From: Diadema antillarum
Taxonomy: Eukaryota
NCBI RefSeq assembly: GCF_040938485.1
Contig: NW_027270961.1
Span: 2,728,001-2,792,000 of the forward strand
DNA: 64,000 nt
Reading direction: 5' to 3'
The position numbers and the translations under genes were made by a program. The notes under the pieces are model-generated. The model searched no databases. It was not told the DNA's origin and was given only the letters and a program-made list of their open reading frames with translations. Positions 37,335 through 47,075 of this stretch are shown here, in pieces. The first letter of the stretch is position 1. Each line of letters starts with the position of its first letter.

Positions 37335-37960
37335 TTTTAAAAAAAGGTTATAATTTTCACCATATGGGGTGCAGAAAGGTAACCCTATATAGAGACGTGT
37401 GCAAATTGTATTGCATCCTATATTGCGGTGACTTTATCACCCCATAGGGTGCAAAATTACAACAATAACAGTATGAACCATAATGGGTGCAGGTATGAGG
37501 TGCAGAAGGGGAACCCTGTATAGAGGTCCATATTTGCACCTTATAGGGTGTTGAATATAGGGTGCTAAATAAGAACCCCCAAAAATAGAACCCTAAATGG
37601 AGCCGCTGGTGTTACAACAATATGAACCAGAAAGGGTGCAAATTTGCACCTGAATTTTTGTTCACCCTATGGGGTGCAGAAAGGGAACCCAATGGAGGGG
37701 TGCAAATATGCACCATATCTGGTGTTAGATATAGGGTGCTAAATAAGCACCCCCAAAAATAGAACCCTAAATGGAGCCGCTGGTGTTACAACGATATGAA
37801 CCCTATTGGGTGCAAAAGGGAACCCAATGGAGGGGTGCAAATATGCACCATATATGGTGTTAAATATAGGGTGCTAAATAAGCACCCCCCAAAATAGAAC
37901 CCTAAATGGAGCCGCTGGTGTTACAACGATATGCACCCTCTAGGGTGCAAATTAGAACCG
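37335..37960. repeat. Subterminal repeat array of the EnSpm/CMC-type element
   Basis: A unit of about 62 bp, ATAGGGTGCTAAATAAG.ACCCCC.AAAATAGAACCCTAAATGGAGCCGCTGGTGTTACAAC, occurs at about 37557, 37731 and 37866, with many GGGTGCAAA/TTTGCACC motifs. Confidence 0.9.
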
Positions 37961-38632
37961 TAATTTCTCTGTGTGTACAGAAGGCAGTGCTCTTCTTTGT
38001 ATAGCGGTTTAGTTTCGATTCAGAAGTATAGGGATATAAATACGAGACCAAATTGGTTAAAAATTCATTTATTATGACTAAGCTACTCATTTGGAAATGC
38101 TATCATAGCTTGATAAGCATATCTATGCCCGACAAACAAAATGACACCAAAAAGGTTGTGCCACCTCAGATGGTACCAACAACCCATTTTTCGGGTCTTG
38201 GCCCATGGACTACTTTGGTAATTTTATCCGAGGAACCTTACATGGACGAAGGTGATGAGTGCCAGTGTCCACACATTTCTTTTTCAATGTTCCAAACATA
38301 ATTATGTCATAGAGAGTGAGTTTCAGAATATTTGACGTTTCTGATACATGATAATGGTTTAACATTTTGAAGACCTACTTGGACAACGTTGGCAATTTTG
38401 ATATTAACTAAATGAAAAAGCTCTTAGTTTGGGTGATTTGGGGAATGTTATGAAACTATAGCTGGTAGAAATTTTGAATTCGATGGCTTATAACAAATTG
38501 TCACCCCGAACGCCCCATACAACTTCTCATTGTGAAAACTTAGTCATGTACATGAAGGCGTGCAGCATCCAAAGCGTCGGTGCCAACCTGATGACGGCTC
38601 GGCCAGCCGTACGCGCAGCGCCGCTGTCCGGG

Positions 38633-38666
38633 CATGGAGCTACAAGAGGTGTCTTGTAGCTCCATG
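38633..38666. repeat. Perfect 15-bp stem, 4-nt loop hairpin in a CpG-rich patch
   Basis: CATGGAGCTACAAGA-GGTG-TCTTGTAGCTCCATG. Confidence 0.95.
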
Positions 38667-40443
38667 GTCAGGGCAAGATTCATTAGACTCCGACGCAGAT
38701 GACACGAGCTCATCAATAATCCACAGTTTAACACGCTGCATCATAAAAGGGTGGGTTATAAATCTCCAACTTCTCACCCGGTCTCGAAGTCATTATTTGG
38801 TAATTGGGGATGACTCGCGGGTTGTCGGGATCGAGACTGGCCTGCAATTATGTCTTAATGATTGTAGTTGAGAGCAAATACAAAGCACAGAATAAGGAAC
38901 GAGCCTGACACTCAGAAACTAAGAGGAAGTGTATAGACAGATGACAAGGTAAATTTATAAGACATATAAAACGTCTTGATAGACAAACCTAACGCATGCA
39001 TATTGTAGCGTTTATTATACGTATTCTTTGCAATAACGTGCCTTTATACATCATTTTGTGTATGATATCTTATTTCAGAGTTGATCAGTGTAAGTGCATT
39101 CTCTGTAAATACGCATTGATTCATAAATGTCATTTCTTTCATCGTAAATTCATAAATCTATGGAAATACAAAGTGAAGACAAATCACAACTTGACAAATA
39201 TAATTTGACAAAACACTAAATTAATGATAGAATGTAGACACATACACACACCCATGCATGTGTATATACATATGATATAGTATATTTAGTAAGTATATTA
39301 AAATATATGAATACGCATACACACGATGAATGTTAATTCAATGCCTGACCGTGCCTATACTAGTGTATATATGCACAATTAACATAAATAATGTATGTAT
39401 AATTATACATATAGTCTGTTACCAATTAGTTTCTCGGTGATTGCCTTCAAGAGAATGGGTCTTTCGTTCCTTACTCCAAACTGCCCCCCCCCCCAAAAAA
39501 AGGAACTCCAATCACATTTACATCTCTAGTTTTAATTTATTGCGTTTTTTCGCACGATAGTCACATCTAGGTCCAAAATTGTAGAATGGCCTCCAGTTGG
39601 AATTAAGAAAATGCCCATCATTGTCATCCTTTAAAAAAGAATTTAAATCAAAATTCATTATAGTTTATACGCCCTTCAATCACATGCCTGCGAATTAATT
39701 CCCTTTTTTGTGTTTTTATGTCACCTGTAATTATCTAGTTAGTATCAAATCCTGAGGACTTTCTTTTGGATAAGTGCTTGTTTGCCCTCGACACGTAATA
39801 TTATTCTGTTTTCTCTTATCATCTGTCTCATGCTTTTACCCTTGTCTCTATCAATGATTCCTTTGGTAGAACTAGCGTGAAATAAATGAACTTAAAGTTG
39901 AACTCTTCCCCATATTTTGATAAGGAACAAAATAAGAGAGGGAGAGAGAGAGAGAGAGAGAGAGAGCAAGAAAGAAAGGAAGAAAGGGAGAGAGAAGGAG
40001 AGAAGAAGAAAGAGACAAACAAATACATAGTACATAATTATGTACGCATGAAAAAAAAAATCTAATATTTTGTAAGCCAGATGCTACCCCTAAAACATGT
40101 GCACAAAATATAGATGAAACCTCTCTAGGTTTTACGCATGCCATTCTCGGGCAGCAAGACGCAGTGTTTGTTATGCAAAGAACACAATACCAATTCACAG
40201 CAATAGTGTACGTCTAAAGAAGCGGCAAGCGAGTGAGAAAAATGCAGATAGGATATTTACCGAGTAAACCTCTTCAGCGGTACGACTTACCTGAAGTTTC
40301 GTTCTGGAAAGAGTGTAAACATTGTTACACAGCAATCTTCTACTTATTCACCGTTGATCTGTGAACAGGACAAACAAAATGATAGCTTAAGCCTGAGTGA
40401 TCTCCACTCCCTTTAGGAAGAAAAGATTGAAGTGGATATTTAA

Positions 40444-40994
40444 AGAGGAAATCCAGCCCAAATATAAGTTTATCTGATAAAGAAAGAGTAAAATCTTACG
40501 AGTTGAACATGAAAAAATTTGACTCAAATCAGATGAAAATATGAGGAAGTTATGACATTTTGAAGTTTTGCTAATTTCAGCAAAACAGTTCATGTACAGT
40601 GGATATGAATATGCAGATGAGTGAGCTAACCATGAACCTCACAATTTTCCATTGATCTTGTAAAAAAAAATGACGAAAATTCAATGTTTCTGTCATTGAA
40701 GTCTGAAACATGATGTTTTTCCTGGTTAGATATACAAGGATTTGAGTCTCGGGCATAATTGCATTTGATGAAAAACTGGAAATTTCAAAAGTTGTGAGGG
40801 GATGACATGCTCACTTTGCCTTTTGCATATTCATATTGACCGTTCAATAACTGTTTCCTGGAAAAAATAGCAAAACTTCAAAATGTCATTACTTCCTTAT
40901 TTTTCATCCTATTTCGATCAAATTTTTTACCGTTGAACTCGTAATATTTTACTCTTTCTTATCAGACTAACTTATATTTGGACTGGATTCCCCC
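40444..40994. mobile_element. Kolobok-type MITE
   Basis: TTAA at 40440-40443 and TTAT at 40995-40998 (decayed TSD). The left end AGAGGAAATCCAGCCCAAATATAAGTT matches the right reverse complement AGGGGAATCCAGTCCAAATATAAGTT, and inverted similarity is long and imperfect. Confidence 0.75.
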
Positions 40995-41132
40995 TTTATC
41001 AAAGCCAGCAGTGTGGTGATAAGTGATACAGGTAGGTTATATACCGTGATGTCAAAATTACGAGCAATATAAGCAAGATATTGACATAAACAGTAGCAAA
41101 GCAATGGAAGATGATGTACAAAACAATGGTGT

Positions 41133-41290
41133 GGAGGCGCTGTGCTGTAGTGGTTAAGAGCTTTGCCTCTCACATACGAAGTTCGAAGTTCGAATCCTTC
41201 AAAGTGCTCGTTATCTTGTTCACATCCTCGGACGAGATCTTTTTACCCACTATGCCCCTCTCCATCCTGATGTATAAATGGGTCCCTGCC
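41133..41290 (+). mobile_element. tRNA-derived SINE, degraded
   Basis: A-box TAGTGGTTAAG (41148-41158) and B-box GTTCGAATCC (41188-41197) are followed by a CCTCGGACGAGA..ACCCACTATGCCCCTCTCCATCCTGATGTATAAATGGGT body. No tRNA acceptor stem is recoverable. Confidence 0.7.
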
Positions 41291-42589
41291 AGCGCTGGGG
41301 TAATAACAATGGTAGGACCCTAAAATAATATTGGCAACACTAAAGAGGATACTCTCCATCATGGATAAAGAAGACAATAAAGACTACATTGACAATTGTT
41401 TACATGTATGAATATATATATATTTTTTTCTGATTGTTTCTTCTGGATATGAAATTATGTTGTAACGTAACATATACCTATCAATTTCTGTTTCCATAGA
41501 GCCATGAGTATCCTTTTAGGTAGAATGGAAAGATATATTATTCAAAAATTACACTGTTGTCATTATTGATTATCAATACTGCATGCAATAGTCATTAATT
41601 TACTTCTCTACCCTTCTTTAACATACTTCCCAGAGTTCACATAACTAACTGTATACTAACTGTAGCTTATTCATTGTGATAGTTATTATCATGCTTAGTG
41701 TTGATAACTATTAACGTGCTTAGTGTTACGATTATTATCATCACTGTAAATACGGCTTTTGCTATTTTTTTCACAATTATTTCATCTATCTGCGTAAATT
41801 TCTCTGCCTATACTAATACATGTATAATACTTTAATGCACGTTGTATTAGACCGCTCGTAGGATTATATTGTAATAAAGCCACTTAATAAATCAGTATGT
41901 CCTTTGTCCTTTATGGGATAATAGGAAGGAGCAGATTTTTTTTTCCTTTCCCATCGAAACTAAAAACGTACATACACTCAGAGAATATCACGCACTGTGG
42001 CTGAAATCGCTCACATTTTTTTCTTGTATGAGGAAACATTCAGGAAGCAAATAATCTGCATATCAATAGGAGACAGAGGGGAAGGATAGAAGAAAGGAAA
42101 GAGTGATTGTGCAGGAGGATGGTTATATAGAGATAAAGGACGCCAGCGTCTGCTGGAAAATTTTTATGTATCACTGCAGACAGCTCTTGAGAATTATGCT
42201 GTCAATGCATAGTGAACCGTCCAATGATCCCTAGAACGTTGATTTCCCTTTCAAAAGAAAGCTTCTCCTTCTTTTCTGTTTGTTGTTGTTGTTGTTGTTG
42301 TTGTACAAATGGTCTGTGCAGGGGAGCTACAAAAAGATCCTAAAGAACTTTCAGTTTCTGGGTTCTCTTTAACCATTCTTCTTCAAGAGGAAGAGGAGAC
42401 TATAAGTCCATCTAGCTAGCCTAGTGCAACAGCAGCTCTTTACTTTATAATGAGGAAGACAGATCGGTAATTATTCTCATTGTGCCGTCGTTACCAAGGA
42501 GACATGGCACCAAAGTAACAAGTGATTGAAATGACTAAAACAGCGCCCCTTCCTCAACCAACCATGCACCATCTCCACACACACAACCA

Positions 42590-42595
42590 CACACA

Positions 42596-42651
<56 letters not shown>
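42590..42651. repeat. (CA)n microsatellite
   Basis: Direct reading of the sequence. Confidence 0.95.
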
Positions 42652-42654
<3 letters not shown>

Positions 42655-43620
42655 GCACAAACCTGAAATACGCAACATAAAACACAAGCGATTTTTTTTT
42701 TCTATTTTCACTGTGTAACATTTCTGTTTATCTGTTTTCACAAAATTTCTCGTTATTTGAAGAAATTGGCATTAATTAACTTGTTCACATCTGAGACGAT
42801 CCATGTATAGTCATATCCCTCTTCGGCGAGACTCAAATTTACCGAAATACATTAATTTTCATACTGCTGGTTCTTTGATAACTTTGCTAGAAAAGAATTT
42901 CTGAAACTAAAATATTCACAAATATGAAATCATATTGTCAACTTCTTCATTGTCATCAACATGATCTTAACAAAGTTTGTGAGCACACTTTGAAATTGAA
43001 ATCACATACGTTCCTGCTTATGTTCCTTTTCCTCAGACAGAACCAGACATCAAATATACAAGAGAATGAATACCTAGCATATGAATTAAAAACAGAATCT
43101 GGCGCCTCTCATGAGTACATATGATTTGGGTTTAGATTCTGAGTATACTTCCCCTTGAATATAGTACTTGGAAATCAGCCATATTGATATAGTAACATAT
43201 AAAACCTTGGACGTGGAGCATACTGCTTTCACTCTCATGGTCCAATCAAAACTAGCATGTCTTTCTTTTTGAAAATTTAAAAATGCAAATCGAAAGAGAA
43301 AACACTCATGCATGAAAAAAAAAATATTTATATAGCAAGGGTCTACATATTTACAGATTCCTTAATCTGCCTAGTCAACATGGGCATATTAGTTTGAACT
43401 AGAATGCAATGTGCGAGTCTGGACGGTCCTGATACGGTGATTAAGGTCCAAATGCACACGTAACTAGCATTTAATCCGATGACCTTCTGTGCTTACACAC
43501 CATGCATACCTTCGAGACATCACAGTTCGACCGTCAATCATGCCCTGGTGCTTATTTTAAATATCTGGCACGCTATGAACGTGCTAAACTGACGGTACAC
43601 GTGTTTGAACTTTAAACAGC

Positions 43621-43703
43621 TAATAACCTCCGCCACAGAGGTTATGTTTTGTTTTGTTTTTTTCTTTCGGCGTTCGTTCGTTTGTTTATCTGTCTGTCTG
43701 TGC

Positions 43704-43739
<36 letters not shown>

Positions 43740-43740
43740 C
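43621..43740 (+). mobile_element. Helentron-associated (HINE-type) element end followed by microsatellite
   Basis: TAATAACCTCCGCCACAGAGGTTATGTTTT (hairpin AACCTC..GAGGTT) is followed by GTTTGTTTATCTGTCTGTCTGT and (TG)n, resembling the widespread ACCTCCGCCAAGGAGGTTATGTTTT terminus. Confidence 0.6.
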
Positions 43741-44246
43741 CACACGCAATACACACACATACACACAAACGCAACTTTGTTACTTAGCATGCTGCTGTAT
43801 AACCGTTAGAGTTTTATTGCATTCCCAATGTTTGTTTGCTTGTTTGCATTATTCTGCTTCTCAAGTAAAAAAAAAAAATCCCATTGTTGTAAAGAATTAA
43901 ACACAATTTAACTAGATTTCAAAAGAGCCAATTAAAAATACAATCTAACTACTGCAGCATACTCGTTATAACTCAAAAACATTTATGGCTGTATAAAATC
44001 ATGAAAGAAGCATTTTGATTCAACAAGGACATGAAGGAAGCAGGAGACCGTCAGCATGTTATCGTTGACCTAGGGGACAATCCATCCTCTCATTCTCAGC
44101 CCGTCTCCAGCGGTCTCTCCGCGCTTCTGGCCGCCAAATCTTGATGGTATAATTGGCGTTCCTGTCCCACGAGTAGCCGTTCAAATGTCGAGTCGGATTC
44201 CTAGCATTCTCCGTCGGTTACTCCGCCGCTGTTCTCCCGGCGGGTG

Positions 44247-44368
44247 TCATTCGGCTCCCGGTGGAAGGATGATGCGGCGGCGAGCCGTTGCATCGGTGAC
44301 GCTTATTATTACCGGGCTCGTGACTGGTAGAGGGATTACGGTCACTGATGGTATCGCGTCAGATGGTT
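44247..44368 (-). other. Candidate terminal exon, product unknown
   Basis: GC-rich island with a minus-strand pyrimidine tract at about 44405-44480 and acceptor TTTGTTTAG. The phase-1 frame reads EPSDAIPSVTVIPLPVTSPVIISVTDATARRRIILPPGAE-stop. Confidence 0.3.
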
Positions 44369-45723
44369 CTAAACAAATCCTAATTACTACTCCTGTACTG
44401 ATTGAAGAAGAGAGTGCGAAAGAAAGAGAGGGGAAAAAACAGGAAGGGAGGAAAGGGAGAGGGGGAGAAGGAGGAGACAATCTGGGGCGTGTGATTCTAG
44501 CTTAAAGCTACTATTTAACATTGGGAGCAGCGATTTCAAAAAATGTATGAATTATCACAGATGCATATGTATAGTTAAGTTTTGTCACAAAACATCCTAT
44601 ACATACAAACACTTCTCAGTAAAGCCGGAAATATGAGGAGATATCACTAATTTTCTCAATAAATCGTCACGGTGACAGTTTATTCGAAAAAAAGTCGTTG
44701 ATAAAACTATTGTTAAAATTTTGCATATCTAACAATGCTTGAAAGTCATTATACCGATTTATCTTTTAAAAGTTATTTTTATCCCTATCTCACATTTTAG
44801 AACTATTTTGAAGAACTAAAGCTTTTGTTTTCATCTGCAAATGTTAGTAACATTTTAATGTCATTCATAGAAGCTATTGTCCCTCTCATTGTCATCGCGG
44901 TCACAGCGTCAGTATTGTTGTGCGATATGTCTATATTTCCTGAAATATCTGTACATATGAATGGAAATCTCAACAAGCCCTCTCTCCCTCTCTCTCTACC
45001 AACATTTATCATAATACATGTTAAATATAATTAATACACACATCACAGATACATACATATATACGCATATACTATATGAATTTTATGATATCTAATGTTA
45101 CAATTGTATTATAAATGATATATTTTAGAATATCATACATCTAAATATACTAAATACTACAACATGTAATAACACACAACAAGAGAAGTGTTTGATCTAT
45201 GAGAAAAATCTCATGCGCATGACTATGATGATCAAGATAAACTACACTCTATAGACAAATTGTCCTGAATCGGTCCTTTTTTCGAGCCTTTTTCTACTTC
45301 CATGGGCCAAAACGACTTTATACACGTGTATAACGTTGCACGCCATACTTGTAGACAGAAAGGCAGAAATAACATACTTATTGAAGCTACACCTGACAAC
45401 CAGTGCGCTTACCTGAAACAGAAACATGGAACATGTGGGCAAGTCTACAAAAAATGTTCACTGCATTCCAGGAGTCATATCAAACCTTAGACCAATTCTG
45501 GCCCTTTTTTATCGTTCACAACTCTCGTATGTGAGCGACATGTGTTTTCGTCTCTCGATTTATATGCCCACGAAGCTCCCGCCTCTCTTCGGGATTCGCC
45601 ACACACTACGCCATCAGCGGCGACAATTGGCATTTTCTCGCTCATATTATACGGTAAGGGGAGTACGAAGACAGTCCAGGCTATATAGGTGCCTAATAAT
45701 ATGGACTACTTAGCTAAATACAT

Positions 45724-46020
45724 CAGGGCCGGCGGAACCAGGGGAGGGGCCGCCCCACCCCCTACTTTTTTCTTCTCTTTTTTTTTTTGCACCCTTACAT
45801 AGGAATACATAGGGTGTCACCACTTGTTGCTCCCCCCCCCTCCACTTTTTTTTTTACCCCGGAAGTGGCACTAGAAAAAAAGAAAGAAAGCAGAAACCCG
45901 GAAGTGGCAACAGAGGCCTTCTTTTTTTTCTTTTTTTTTCTTGATTGCTTGCATGCTTGTTAGCTCATGAAACCCGGAAGTGAGCCCCCACCCCACATAT
46001 GAAAACGTGGCGCCGGCATG
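45724..46020. mobile_element. hAT-like MITE carrying three CCGGAAGTG motifs
   Basis: Ends CAGGGCCGGCG and CGCCGGCATG form an imperfect inverted pair. ACCC(C)GGAAGTG occurs at about 45859, 45898 and 45974, with poly-T and poly-C runs. No clean 8-bp TSD was seen. Confidence 0.5.
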
Positions 46021-46624
46021 TACGCGTATGATTTGCTGTGATCTCCGATCTAACCTGCCTCCTCATACGCCCGGTCTCAAGTGCTCCTCGTATATTTGGA
46101 ATCCCTATGTGTATCATCAGTACAAACAGGTTACCGATACATTGACACCTCTTCTCCTTTGCTTCTTTAGAGAAAGGTGAAAAAATTAACTTTCCCATGA
46201 TAATTATTCTTTTGTGTGTCAATAGACTGGACCAATCCTTGCCGTGCCCTTACTTCGTTGAAAAAAAAAAAAAAAAATAGCAATTAAAGAATAAATGATC
46301 GTGGTATATGAATCTAAAGTAAGTTATTCATGCGCGGAAATACGCATCAGATATGGTTAATTTTTGTGAATTTTTTGATAGAATATTTGTTTAGCGTATC
46401 TCTAGAAAATAATGACAATAATAGATAATAATAATAATGATAATGATAATGACTTCGAGGTGGACTTTAAACTTAACCACATTCCCTCCCCGGCAAATTT
46501 CATGATTGAAGTGAAACAAATTATCTTAACATGAATATGGAACTTTCAAACATTGAATGATTATTGTTGATGTATTTACATATTTTCAATATTTCATTTA
46601 AATTCATGTGTCTACGAAGAATGA

Positions 46625-47075
46625 GCCATTTCGGGGTTCCAATTTGCGCATGAGCAGAAAAAAAGTCATTTGTACCAATTTGGCATGCTGAATTTTAAAG
46701 TAACTGAGATAAACATCTGTGATGTAATGATTATTCAAATAACCTTGCAAATGGTGCTAGCCAGCACATCTACCGGACAGCAAAAGATGAATTCAATAGA
46801 AAAAGACTATTAACATATTCAATGTAAAATAATAAAATGGATGCTTTCCCAAGAGTTATTTAAGGACCATCCTGGTTACCTGGACATGTACGCAAGCCTT
46901 GTGTTTGCAGATGATTAATTGTTTCCATTTGTTACGTCGGGCAAGTCTAAGCATTATGTAGCTTTGTAAACGAGTGAAGTGCTTAACCGACTGAGAAAAA
47001 AAAAACATAACAAAACAAAAGGAGATAGGTCATTTGTATCGATGTGTACATGAGCTTTTGCTGGCTTATTCTCCA
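46625..47075 (+). repeat. Unclassified interspersed repeat, diverged copy 2
   Basis: Colinear similarity to 35245-35700. Confidence 0.7.

Larger units (their letters stand above)
29719..37975. mobile_element. EnSpm/CMC-type non-autonomous DNA transposon, 8257 bp
   Basis: 15-bp TIR CACACAGAGAAATTA at both ends, with a TA duplication (29717-29718 and 37976-37977) at a site that reads GGACATACAGAAGG in the intact copy A. GGGTTC/GAACCC and GGGTGCAAAT subterminal repeats are present at both ends. No transposase ORF was seen; the superfamily is inferred from the CAC ends, 2-bp TSD and subterminal repeats. Confidence 0.8.
28866..38212. mobile_element. Academ-type element copy B, split by an 8.26-kb nested insertion
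   Basis: Same TAGTCCATGGGCC..GGCCCATGGACTA ends with a 3-bp TSD CTT (28863-28865 and 38213-38215). Segments 28866-29718 and 37978-38212 rejoin to a 1088-bp near-identical copy of 15636-16719. Confidence 0.9.

Noticed and set aside
37335-37960. Regularly recurring 60-bp unit that could suggest a CRISPR-like array
   Set aside because: The spacers are themselves repetitive and similar to each other, there are no cas genes, the context is eukaryotic, and the array is the subterminal region of a TIR transposon.
15534-38301. Repeated ORFs MVKNSF..KLLIWKCYHSL and MFHRAVKCS.. as a gene family
   Set aside because: They are chance frames within the TIRs of the two Academ MITE copies.
45488-45708. Short Academ-like relic (TAGACCA.. 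/ ..ATGGACTA)
   Set aside because: Only 8-10 bp of partial end similarity and mismatched 3-bp flanks (CCT vs CTT), which is compatible with chance.
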